The notes: generated by a model from the sequence alone, not told the origin. Counted from the first letter of the stretch, positions 9,949 through 18,837 are shown. The stretch: 64,000 bases of DNA from Bacteroidales bacterium (GCA_017395245.1 JAFPVR010000107.1:9575-73574), one strand, 5' to 3'. Numbers and translations: made by a program.

Positions 9949-11259
9949 ATGAAAAAACTATTCATAGAAACGTACGGCTGCCAGATGAATTTCGCGGACA
10001 GCGAGGTGGTTGCCTCCATTTTGAAGGATGACTACACGCTGACGAAAGAGATTTTAGAGGCCGATTTAATCCTCATAAACACCTGCTCCATCCGCGACAA
10101 GGCCGAACAACGCATCCACAAGCGTTTGAAGGAATTAGAGGCTTATAAGCGCAAAAAACGGACCATACAGGTCGGCTTGTTGGGTTGCATGGCCGAACGG
10201 ATGAAGGAGGAATTATTACAGACCGAGCCGGTCTTGGACTTCATTGCCGGTCCGGACGCGTATCGCTCTTTGCCGCAGCTGATTGCCGATTCGCAGCACG
10301 GGCATACTTCCTTCAACGTATTGCTCTCAAAGGAAGAGACTTACGACAACATTATGCCGGTGCGCTACGATGCCAACGGTGTGTCGGCGTTTGTTTCCAT
10401 TATGCGCGGTTGCAACAATTTCTGCTCCTACTGCGTGGTGCCTTACACGCGCGGTCGCGAGCGCAGTCGCAGCCCGAAAACCATCCTCAGCGAAATCGAG
10501 GATTTGTTGAAAGACAATTACAAGGAAGTCACGCTGTTGGGGCAGAATGTGAACTCCTATTACTGGAAAGAGGGCGACGAAGAGGTCTCCTTTGCGAAAC
10601 TGATGGCGATGGTGGCGGAAATGTCGCCGGAACTGCGCGTGCGGTTCGCCACATCGCATCCCAAAGACCTTTCCGACGAGTTGATTGATACGATTGCCCG
10701 CTACGACAATATCTGCAAGTGCATTCATCTGCCGGTACAATCGGGCAGTGACGAAATGCTGCAGAAGATGCGCCGCGTCTATACGCGGGAGAGCTATCTG
10801 GAACGGGTGCGGAAAATCAAGGAAGTGCTGCCGGATTGTGCTATCACGACAGATATTATCGTGGGATTTTGCGGCGAAACCCTTGACAATCACCAGGATA
10901 CATTGTCGATTATGCGTGAGGTCGGCTACGAGTACGCTTACATGTTCAAGTATTCCGAACGCGGCGGCACGTTAGCCTCCAAGCAGTATCCCGACGACAT
11001 TCCCGACGAGGAGAAAACCCGCCGTTTGGAGGAGGTCATCGCGCTGCAAGGAGAACTTTCCATGGCGAGCAACCGCCGCGACGTGGGCAAAACTTTCCGC
11101 GTTTTAGTTGAAGGTGCTTCCAAACGTTCCGACGACCAGCTCTTCGGCCGCAACAGCCAGAACAAAGTGATTATTTTCCCACGCGGCAACCACCAAGTTG
11201 GCGATTATGTGGATGTGACGGTGACGGAATGCACGCCGGCGACGTTATTAGGCAGTTAG
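9949..11259 (+). CDS. miaB: tRNA (N6-isopentenyl-A37) methylthiotransferase
   Basis: MKKLFIETYGCQMNFADSE..., radical-SAM motif CNNFCSYCVVP, TRAM-like C-terminus. Confidence 0.9.
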   Translation: MKKLFIETYGCQMNFADSEVVASILKDDYTLTKEILEADLILINTCSIRDKAEQRIHKRLKELEAYKRKKRTIQVGLLGCMAERMKEELLQTEPVLDFIAGPDAYRSLPQLIADSQHGHTSFNVLLSKEETYDNIMPVRYDANGVSAFVSIMRGCNNFCSYCVVPYTRGRERSRSPKTILSEIEDLLKDNYKEVTLLGQNVNSYYWKEGDEEVSFAKLMAMVAEMSPELRVRFATSHPKDLSDELIDTIARYDNICKCIHLPVQSGSDEMLQKMRRVYTRESYLERVRKIKEVLPDCAITTDIIVGFCGETLDNHQDTLSIMREVGYEYAYMFKYSERGGTLASKQYPDDIPDEEKTRRLEEVIALQGELSMASNRRDVGKTFRVLVEGASKRSDDQLFGRNSQNKVIIFPRGNHQVGDYVDVTVTECTPATLLGS

Positions 11260-11317
11260 TGGTTAGTGGTTAGTGGTTAGTGGTTAGTGGTTAGTGGTTA
11301 GCGGTTAGCGGTTATGG
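11255..11317. repeat. Heptamer tandem array GTTAGTG x6, GTTAGCG x2, GTTATGG x1
   Basis: Parsed by hand. The miaB stop codon TAG (11257-11259) is part of the first unit. Confidence 0.95.
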
Positions 11318-11368
11318 GGGGATAGTATGTCCGTTAAACCCGAAATATATTAAAACATTTTCCAAAAA

Positions 11369-11420
11369 GGGCTGAAAGCCCGACGTATGTCAGCCCAGGG
11401 TGAACGCAGTGAGCCCTGGG
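11369..11420 (+). repeat. GNA-triloop double-hairpin element, copy 1 (subfamily A)
   Basis: GGGCT-GAA-AGCCC, 11-nt spacer, CCCAGGG-tgaaCGCAGtgag-CCCTGGG. It ends 22 nt upstream of the rlmN ATG. Confidence 0.8.
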
Positions 11421-11442
11421 TCGAATAAACGATGAATGAACG

Positions 11443-12483
11443 ATGAACGATATCCGAAATATAAAATATGATGCGTTGGTTTCGTTTTTGACGGCCAACG
11501 GTGAAAAACCGTTTCGGGCGAAACAGATTTGGACGGGATTGTGGAAGCGGGGTGCGGGTTCGTTTGACGAAATGACCGATCTCTCCGTGGCATTGCGGAC
11601 GAAATTACAGGAGAATTTCACGTTCCATAGGGCGGAAATTGTCGAAGAGGCGCATAGTGCCGACAAATCAGCCAAGTTTTTGTTGCAGTTCCACGATGGC
11701 AAGATGGTCGAGGGCGTGCTCATTCCGAGCAAGGAGCGTGTCACCGCGTGCCTCTCCACGCAAGTCGGATGCCCGTTGCATTGCGCGTTTTGCGCTACCG
11801 GCACCATGGGTTTTATCCGCAACCTCCACTACAGCGAGGTCATTGACGAGTACGTACTGCTCAACAATCGGGCGCAAGAGATTTACAATCAGCATATTAC
11901 CAACATCGTTTTCATGGGGATGGGTGAGCCGTTGCTCAATTTCGACAATATGATGACCGCCATCGACATCCTCACGGGCAAGGACTATTTTGCATTGTCG
12001 CCGACACGGATTACGCTATCTACTGCGGGCATTATCAAGGGCATCAAAGCCTTGGCAGACAGAAATTTCCGTTGCGGATTGGCCATTTCGTTGCACAGTG
12101 CTGATCCCAATGTCCGCGGGCAAATTATGCCGGTCACGGAAGGCAACCCGCTCCACGACCTGCAGGCGGCATTAGCTTATTATCACCAGAAAACCGGCGA
12201 GCGCATCACCATCGAGTATTTGTTGTTATCGAAGGTCAATGATTCGGAAAAAGCGGCCGAACAATTAGCTCGTTTCTGCCGTCCGTTTCCTGTGAAAATC
12301 AACATTATCGAATACAATTCCACGCCTGATTCACTGTTCCACAAATCGGATCCGGTACGCAAACAGGGCTTCATCGCCGTTTTGGAGCGTTGCAATATGG
12401 TGGTGAACATCCGCCAGAGCAAGGGCCAGGACATTGCCGCGGCGTGCGGGCAGTTGGTGCGGAAAACGGTTAACGGATTGTAG
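11443..12483 (+). CDS. rlmN: 23S rRNA/tRNA (adenine-C2)-methyltransferase, radical SAM
   Basis: ...GEKPFRAKQIW..., Cys cluster CPLHCAFCATG, 346-aa length. Confidence 0.9.
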   Translation: MNDIRNIKYDALVSFLTANGEKPFRAKQIWTGLWKRGAGSFDEMTDLSVALRTKLQENFTFHRAEIVEEAHSADKSAKFLLQFHDGKMVEGVLIPSKERVTACLSTQVGCPLHCAFCATGTMGFIRNLHYSEVIDEYVLLNNRAQEIYNQHITNIVFMGMGEPLLNFDNMMTAIDILTGKDYFALSPTRITLSTAGIIKGIKALADRNFRCGLAISLHSADPNVRGQIMPVTEGNPLHDLQAALAYYHQKTGERITIEYLLLSKVNDSEKAAEQLARFCRPFPVKINIIEYNSTPDSLFHKSDPVRKQGFIAVLERCNMVVNIRQSKGQDIAAACGQLVRKTVNGL

Positions 12484-12780
12484 GGACGTATCGCAGTTGT
12501 GACGACGACGTGTGTTTTACCCCCTCTCAAAACCCCAGTATTATGGGCAAGTTCTGAACAGAATCCCCATCAATAGGGCGATTGTGGAATTCGTGATGAA
12601 CTCATCTTTAAATATCACATAAATTGCTGATACACAGAAGTGTTCGTGCGTGATAGGTTCGTGATACTCATCAAATAACCCTACAGCATTTCCCATGTTG
12701 TATCTTTGCCGTCGAAATCCTTCCGGAAGGTTTCAGCGTTCTTTGACATATTGGAAGAGTTATATTACTGTAAAAAAGTG

Positions 12781-12788
12781 TATTTTTG
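12781..12788 (+). promoter_or_regulatory. -7 box TATTTTTG
   Basis: It lies 37 nt upstream of the ATG at 12825. A second box, TATCTTTG, is at 12701-12708. Confidence 0.45.
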
Positions 12789-12824
12789 CGGCGTTGATTT
12801 TTATTATTCATCAGATTTGAAAAC

Positions 12825-13235
12825 ATGAAAAACGATCAAAACACCGATCCTATTGCAGAAGCCAGACGTTATGTGGCCAATGCGCAAGAGACAATCAAGA
12901 AGGCCAAGTATGACTCCGAACTGAAAAGCTACACCGACAGCAAATACATCAAGGCGGCTGGCGACTACCTTTGGAAAGGCTGTCTCATCGCCCTTGATGC
13001 AGTGTTTCACGTGCGCACAGGCAAAGGACGCCCATCTATTGACAAGTACCGTGATGCTGTCGCGAAACGAGACAGGAAGTTACTGAACTCCGTGAACATA
13101 GGCTATGAAACCATGCATCTTGTCATGGGTTATGACGGCAACAGAAGCAAAAAAATCTGTGACACCGGTTTCGAGTATGCCAACGACATCATTGACCACT
13201 GCGCTACGCTGATGCCAAAGACGGTGTGTGCGTGA
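12825..13235 (+). CDS. Small helical hypothetical protein (from memory, resembles the Bacteroidales DUF5618 family)
   Basis: A 136-aa ORF in an AT-rich islet with its own promoter-like box. There is no TM segment or signal peptide. The family assignment is recalled, not searched. Confidence 0.5.
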   Translation: MKNDQNTDPIAEARRYVANAQETIKKAKYDSELKSYTDSKYIKAAGDYLWKGCLIALDAVFHVRTGKGRPSIDKYRDAVAKRDRKLLNSVNIGYETMHLVMGYDGNRSKKICDTGFEYANDIIDHCATLMPKTVCA

Positions 13236-13238
13236 TTA

Positions 13239-14630
13239 TCACTGTTCCCGATGCCGCAAGTCCACTACAATTTGCGGATACTTCTCCCGCAAATGCGCGG
13301 CCGTGCGCTCTGCGAAATAAACCGAGCGATGCTGGCCGCCGGTGCAGCCGAAATTGACCGTCAGATGGGTGAACTTGCGTTCCAAGTAGTTGTCCACCGA
13401 CATGTCCACCAACGCACATACGTGATTCACAAAGGTTTCCACCTCTTGATATTGTTCTAAATATTCTTTCACGCAGTCGTCCTTGCCGGTGAAAGTGGCG
13501 TATTTTTTCTCGCGACCGGGATTGGGCAGGGCGCGGCAGTCGAAAACAAAGCCGCCGCCGTTGCCGGAGTTGTCTTCCGGAATCCCTTTCTTGTACGAGA
13601 AACTCTGTACGGTAACCGTCAACACGTCAGGGTTTTCCGATATTGGGGCCACGTAGCTGTCCACTAACGTTTGCAACACTTTCCGCAGTTCGGGCAATCC
13701 TTCCGGCAACGCATTCTGTTCCAGCAAGTAACGCATATTGCGGATGGCGTAGGGAACGCTCTGCAGGAAGTGCGTCTTCCGCTCGAAATAGCCCCGGTAT
13801 CCGTACGCACCCATCGCCTGCATAATGCGGATAAGTGCAAAGGCGTTGAAAGCGGCCTTGAACTGTTGCCGGTCAACTGGGATGTACTTTCCCAGATTGT
13901 CCAAGTAGCATTCCAACAGTTCGTTACGGGTTTCGGGCGAGAGGTCGGCCTTGGCATCATAAAGCAGCGAGGCAATGTCGTATTGCAATGCGCCTTTCCT
14001 GCCACCCTGATAGTCGATGAACCAAACGTCGTCTTCGAAAACCATAATGTTCCGCGACTGGAAATCCCGGTAGAGGAAAAAGTCATCCTCGACACTAAGC
14101 AGGTAGTCCATAAACCGCTGATAGTCATCCTCTAACAGCTGCTCGTTAAACGGGATGTAGGCCATCTTGAGGTAGTAGTACTTGAAGTAGTTGAGGTCCC
14201 ACTGCATGGATTGGCGGTCGAAGGCGGCGCGGGGGTAGGCCACCGACATGTCCAACCCTTTTTTCGCCGTCATCTGGAACTTGGGCAAGGCTGCCACCAC
14301 TTTCCGATAGTCGTCCATAATCTCTTGAAAATCACCATTATCCTTCCGAACTTCGCACAGTTTGTCGTAAAGAGTCTGTTTTCCGAGATCGTTGAGCAGA
14401 TAATGTCTCTCGTCCTCGTGAATGGCCAGCAGGGAGGGAACCTTCAGCCCTTGCGCGGCAAAGAAGCGGGTATACTCGAAAAAGGCGCGGTTCTCCGCCA
14501 CGTCGTCATTGTACACGCCGATGAGGGTGCTGCCGTCTTCGAAGGTGAAGCGGTAGTAGCGCCGGTGCGAGCCGGATTGCGCGAGGGGGACGCAGGAGGT
14601 GGGGGAGGCACCGACGTGGGCGGTGGCCAT
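13239..14630 (-). CDS. Fusion protein: AmgK/APH-like sugar-kinase domain plus RapZ C-terminal domain
   Basis: Kinase motifs LYRDFQSRNIMV and WFIDYQGG. The C-terminus FSYKKGIP...DCRALPNPG...FGCTGGQHRSVYFAE matches the RapZ C-domain. The start is trimmed from 14795 to the ATG at 14630 because 14671-14738 is a repeat element. Confidence 0.75.
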   Translation of the reverse strand: MATAHVGASPTSCVPLAQSGSHRRYYRFTFEDGSTLIGVYNDDVAENRAFFEYTRFFAAQGLKVPSLLAIHEDERHYLLNDLGKQTLYDKLCEVRKDNGDFQEIMDDYRKVVAALPKFQMTAKKGLDMSVAYPRAAFDRQSMQWDLNYFKYYYLKMAYIPFNEQLLEDDYQRFMDYLLSVEDDFFLYRDFQSRNIMVFEDDVWFIDYQGGRKGALQYDIASLLYDAKADLSPETRNELLECYLDNLGKYIPVDRQQFKAAFNAFALIRIMQAMGAYGYRGYFERKTHFLQSVPYAIRNMRYLLEQNALPEGLPELRKVLQTLVDSYVAPISENPDVLTVTVQSFSYKKGIPEDNSGNGGGFVFDCRALPNPGREKKYATFTGKDDCVKEYLEQYQEVETFVNHVCALVDMSVDNYLERKFTHLTVNFGCTGGQHRSVYFAERTAAHLREKYPQIVVDLRHREQ

Positions 14631-14670
14631 TGCGGTTATCGTGTCTGCGGCTGTCGCCTTGTCTGTAATG

Positions 14671-14738
14671 CCCCACACTGCGCTTTGCTTGTGTGGGGTT
14701 AATTGCACTTCGTGCGTGTTGCCTCTTCGAGGCTGCTC
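14671..14738 (-). repeat. GNA-triloop double-hairpin element, copy 5 (subfamily B, with an extra mini-hairpin)
   Basis: Sense strand: GCCTC-GAA-GAGGC, then GCAC-GAA-GTGC, then CCCCACAC-aaGCAAAGCgca-GTGTGGGG. Confidence 0.8.
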
Positions 14739-14784
14739 AGGGAGGTTATTCATATATGTGGTTATTCGATCGTTGCCTATTGCC

Positions 14785-16041
14785 TTAATTGTCATTCAAC
14801 TTGATGAAACAAAACAACATAATCGTAAACGCCCAGAGGGAGGAGCCGCCGTAGCTGATGAAGGGCAAGGGGATGCCGATGATGGGCAGCAGGCCGGTGG
14901 TCATGCCGATGTTGATGAAAAAGTGGAAGGCGATAATGCCCGCGATGCCATAACCGTAGTAGCGGACAAACGGATTACGCTGTTTTTCAGACAGTTTGAG
15001 AATGCGGAAGATGAGGGCGCCGAAGAGGCCGAAGACGACCAAGGTGCCGAAGAAACCCCATTCTTCGCCAATGGCACAGAAGATGAAGTCGGTGCTTTGC
15101 TCGGGCACGAAATTGAGTTTCGTTTGCGTGCCTTTGAGGTAGCCCTTGCCGAAAAGTCCGCCCGAGCCGATGGCAATTTTCGACTGGTTGAGGTTGAAGT
15201 CGGCGCCCAGCGGGTCGGAGGTTTTGCCCAAAATGGTGTCAATGCGCTGCTTCTGGTGCGGTTCGAAACCGTGCTCGTAAAGGAAGTTGACGGAGAATAC
15301 GAACACGATACAGGCCACGTAGACGATGACGTTGCGTCGCATTTTTTTCTTCTTCGTGCGGTTGGCAATCATAAACCCGATGAAAACGGCCGTAATCAGG
15401 GCAAGGGAGTAGGTTTCGTTGAATTTCAGGGTGATGAAGGCCAGGATTGCCGCAATGATGCCGAGTACCAAAAACTCCGCGCTGAATCCTTCGCGGTAGA
15501 AGAGGATGATGAAGGAGAAGAAGACAAGTGCCGAACCTGCATCGTGCTGCAACAATGCCACGATGACCGGGATGAAGATGAGGGCGAACTGCACAATCCA
15601 CACGTTGCGGCGCTGGCTTTCGGTCTTGCCCTCCTGCATGAACTTGGCCAATGCCAACGCCGTGGCCACTTTCATGAATTCCGTAGGCTGTATGCTGAAA
15701 CTGCCGATTTTTATCCACGACTTTGCGCCGTTGATTTCCGCCCCGATGAACAGCACCAAAATCATCAAAAAGAGACAGAACAGGTAGAAAAAATAGGCGT
15801 AATGTTGTATGATACCGCTGTCTATCAACAAGATGACGGTGGCTAAGAAGAAAGAGGTCCCGATCCAGAGCATCTGTTTTCCGTAAGGTTGCCCAAAGTC
15901 GAAAATCGGGGTGGAACCGTCGGGAATGTAGCAGGTGGAGTAGATGGTGATCCAGCCGATGACGACTAAGGCGAGATAGTAAACGATTAGCCTGACATCG
16001 AAGCCTTTGGAGAGTTTGTTATAGGGTTCTAACTTCGGCAT
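14785..16041 (-). CDS. rodA: Rod-shape-determining protein RodA (SEDS family)
   Basis: A 418-aa polytopic FtsW/RodA/SpoVE-like protein directly downstream of PBP2. Confidence 0.85.
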   Translation of the reverse strand: MPKLEPYNKLSKGFDVRLIVYYLALVVIGWITIYSTCYIPDGSTPIFDFGQPYGKQMLWIGTSFFLATVILLIDSGIIQHYAYFFYLFCLFLMILVLFIGAEINGAKSWIKIGSFSIQPTEFMKVATALALAKFMQEGKTESQRRNVWIVQFALIFIPVIVALLQHDAGSALVFFSFIILFYREGFSAEFLVLGIIAAILAFITLKFNETYSLALITAVFIGFMIANRTKKKKMRRNVIVYVACIVFVFSVNFLYEHGFEPHQKQRIDTILGKTSDPLGADFNLNQSKIAIGSGGLFGKGYLKGTQTKLNFVPEQSTDFIFCAIGEEWGFFGTLVVFGLFGALIFRILKLSEKQRNPFVRYYGYGIAGIIAFHFFINIGMTTGLLPIIGIPLPFISYGGSSLWAFTIMLFCFIKLNDN

Positions 16042-16044
16042 GGC

Positions 16045-17853
16045 TCACTTGATTTTCATTTCTTTCATTCGTTGTTCGAGGTCGGTGCGCTCGACCTTGC
16101 GATTGAGGTAAAATTCGGCCATGAGGCTGGCGATGGGGCAGGCCACAGTTGCACCGAAGCCGCCGTTTTCCACCAGGCAGAAGACCACGATTTGAGGGTC
16201 GTTGGCGGGTGCGATGAGGGCGAAGACAGAGTGGTCGCGGCCATGCGGATTTTGGGCCGTACCAGTCTTGCCGGCCACCTCAATGCCGGGGATTTGCGCT
16301 CCGCGTCCCGTACCGCCTGTGACCACCATCCGCATGCCCTGTAGCACCGTCTCAAAGTGCCGCGGATCAATCTTCGAGTAGACTTTTTCGCTGAATTGTG
16401 TGTTTAGGCTGTCGCGGTTGCCGATGGCCCTCACCACATGCGGGCGGATGTAGTAGCCCTTGTTGGCGATGACAGCCAGCATGTTGGCCATCTGCAGCGG
16501 GGTAACCGCCGCCTCGCCCTGACCGATGCCCATGGAGACGACGGTGTTGCCGTTCCAGCTGTTATTGTATTTCTTGTCGAAATATTCCGCCGAAGGAATA
16601 CGGCCTTTCAACTCGTAGGGCAGGTCGGTGTTGAACACTTGCAGAAAGCCCATGGAGCTCATGTAGTCAAGCCAGGCGGTGTAGGCCTCGTCGATGTTCT
16701 TGTATTTGCGGCGGTTGGAGAGGATGTTGTAGTAGGCGCGGCAGAAGAAGGTGTTGCACGAACGCTGGATGGCGCTGTAGATGTTGAGTCCGCCGCAGTT
16801 GTGGCAGTGGACGACGTGGCTGCCAAGATGGTAGCCGCCGCCGGAGCAGGAATAGATGGTTGACGGGGTGATGATGCCGTCTTGCAGGGCGATGAGCCCG
16901 TTGGCTAACTTGAAGGTGGACCCTGGCGGATAAGAGGCCTGTAAAGCCCTGTTGAACAGCGGTTTTTCCGGATCAGAGACCAGTTTGCCGTAGTTTTTCG
17001 GACGGGCGGTGCCGACCAGCAGGTTCGGGTCGTAGTTGGGACTGGAAATCAGGCAGAGGATTTCGCCGGTTTTGGGTTCGATAGCCACGATGGCGCCGCG
17101 TTTGCCGGCCATAAGCTCCTCACCGTAACGCTGAAGTTGCATGTCGAGGGTGCTCCAGATGGAAGTTCCAGGCACAGCCACCACATCGTCGTCGCCGTTG
17201 TTGTAGGGGCCGACCTCGCGGTTATGCACGTCCACAAGCACTTTTTGCTTGCCTTTTACGCCGCGCAGAATCGGTTCGTAGGCCTTTTCGATGCCGCTCT
17301 TGCCGATATAGTCGCCCATCCGGTAGTAACCGTCGTTTTCCACGTCCTGCTCATCCACCTCGCTGACGTACCCCAAAATATGGGCGGCGATAGGTTGCGG
17401 GTAGGTGCGCAGCGTACGTTCCTGCACGAAGAATCCGGGAAATTCCGACATCTTCTCCTGTAGATAACCGTAGTCCTCTTTCGAAATCTGCTGTTTGAAC
17501 AGCGACGGCACGCTGCCGGAATATTTCTTGGCTTTCTCGATTTTTTTCCGCACCTCCTCGATTTCCATGTCCAAGACACGGCACAATTCCGACGTGTCAA
17601 AGTCACGTAACTCTTTGGGTACAACCATCAAGTCGTAGGCGGCGTCGTTATAAACCAACAGCGAATCGTTGCGGTCGTAGATGAAACCGCGTGCCGGGTG
17701 GATGGTCTTCTCACGGATGGCGTTTTCCTCGGCCTTGGTCTTCCACGATTTGTTCAGCACCTGCAGGCGGAACAGGTGGAAGGTGTAGACGGCCATGAGC
17801 AGCCCCAACACGCCCACAATGATATAATATCGATTACTGTTGGTGGGTGCCAT
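16045..17853 (-). CDS. mrdA: Penicillin-binding protein 2 (transpeptidase)
   Basis: N-terminal TM segment, PGSTFKL (SxxK), and KTGTAQ-type motifs. Confidence 0.9.
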   Translation of the reverse strand: MAPTNSNRYYIIVGVLGLLMAVYTFHLFRLQVLNKSWKTKAEENAIREKTIHPARGFIYDRNDSLLVYNDAAYDLMVVPKELRDFDTSELCRVLDMEIEEVRKKIEKAKKYSGSVPSLFKQQISKEDYGYLQEKMSEFPGFFVQERTLRTYPQPIAAHILGYVSEVDEQDVENDGYYRMGDYIGKSGIEKAYEPILRGVKGKQKVLVDVHNREVGPYNNGDDDVVAVPGTSIWSTLDMQLQRYGEELMAGKRGAIVAIEPKTGEILCLISSPNYDPNLLVGTARPKNYGKLVSDPEKPLFNRALQASYPPGSTFKLANGLIALQDGIITPSTIYSCSGGGYHLGSHVVHCHNCGGLNIYSAIQRSCNTFFCRAYYNILSNRRKYKNIDEAYTAWLDYMSSMGFLQVFNTDLPYELKGRIPSAEYFDKKYNNSWNGNTVVSMGIGQGEAAVTPLQMANMLAVIANKGYYIRPHVVRAIGNRDSLNTQFSEKVYSKIDPRHFETVLQGMRMVVTGGTGRGAQIPGIEVAGKTGTAQNPHGRDHSVFALIAPANDPQIVVFCLVENGGFGATVACPIASLMAEFYLNRKVERTDLEQRMKEMKIK

Positions 17854-18812
17854 TATTTGTTGCGGCTTTGCAGCGAGTTGACGAGGGAGAGCACGAAGGC
17901 TTTCTTTTGCTCTTCGGTATGGATGCGGTTAATATCGTCAATGCATTTTGCTGTGTATAAGGCGATTGCTTCTTCAGTAGCCTCTTTCACATTCACCGCA
18001 TCGAAGATGTTTTTTACGGCGAGGAACTTTTCCTTTTCGTTTGCGGGAGTGGTGGAGAAAAGTCTGAGCAGCTCCTGTTTTTGCGATTCGTCAGCCAGTT
18101 CGAGGGCCTTCAGATAGACGTAGGTCTTTTTGTTGTCCTTGATGTCGCCGCCCACGGCCTTGCCAAACACCTCTTCGTCGGCATAGACGTCAAGCAGGTC
18201 GTCGGCGAGCTGGAAGGCGATGCCGAGATGGATGCCGAGGTCGTAAAGGGCTTGCAGGCTCTCTTCGTCGGCACCGGCAAAACGGCCTCCGGCTTTCAGG
18301 CAGCCTGCGAACATGACGGAGGTTTTCAGTCGGATCATGTTCAGGTATTCCTCAAGGGGGACGTTGTCAATTGTTTCAAAATCAAGGTCATACTGTTGAC
18401 CTTCGCACACTTCCAATGCTGTTTTGCCGAAGATGTCGATAAGATCCAGGATGATTTTCGGGTCGCATTGCAGCTTCAAGAGCTGCTGCATGGCCATCAC
18501 CGCGAGAGCATCGCCGGCGAGGATGGCAATGTTGCCGTTCCATTTCTTGTAGACGGTGGGTTGCCCGCGCCGCACATCGGCCTTGTCCATGATGTCGTCA
18601 TGGATGAGCGTGAAGTTGTGCAGCATCTCGAAGGCGGCGGCAATATAGCCAGTTTGTTCCGGGTTGCCGTTGAACATGTCGGATGCGATGCGCACCATCT
18701 GCGGACGCAGACGTTTGCCGGGCTGCATTAAGATGTAAGATATTGGATTATAAAGGTTTGCAGGCTTCTTGCCTTGAAGAATCTCCTGAAAATGCTGTTC
18801 GATGGTATTCAC
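17853..18812 (-). CDS. Polyprenyl diphosphate synthase (trans-IPPS)
   Basis: DDIMD and DDLLD aspartate-rich motifs. The track start at 18848 is a TTG inside the -7 box, so the GTG at 18812 (MNTIEQHF...) is more likely. Its stop overlaps the mrdA ATG by 1 nt. Confidence 0.8.
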   Translation of the reverse strand: MNTIEQHFQEILQGKKPANLYNPISYILMQPGKRLRPQMVRIASDMFNGNPEQTGYIAAAFEMLHNFTLIHDDIMDKADVRRGQPTVYKKWNGNIAILAGDALAVMAMQQLLKLQCDPKIILDLIDIFGKTALEVCEGQQYDLDFETIDNVPLEEYLNMIRLKTSVMFAGCLKAGGRFAGADEESLQALYDLGIHLGIAFQLADDLLDVYADEEVFGKAVGGDIKDNKKTYVYLKALELADESQKQELLRLFSTTPANEKEKFLAVKNIFDAVNVKEATEEAIALYTAKCIDDINRIHTEEQKKAFVLSLVNSLQSRNK

Positions 18813-18837
18813 GACTTTACGGGTTTTTAAAAACCTG

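Noticed and set aside
14599-15846. 415-aa + strand ORF opposite rodA
   Set aside because: It is an antisense shadow: Asp/Glu/Gly/His-rich and without TM segments, while the minus strand encodes a canonical SEDS protein. The same reasoning applies to 48698-49885, 59113-60309, 61392-62774, 45103-45615, 20298-21275, 54712-55383 and the other long antisense ORFs in the track.
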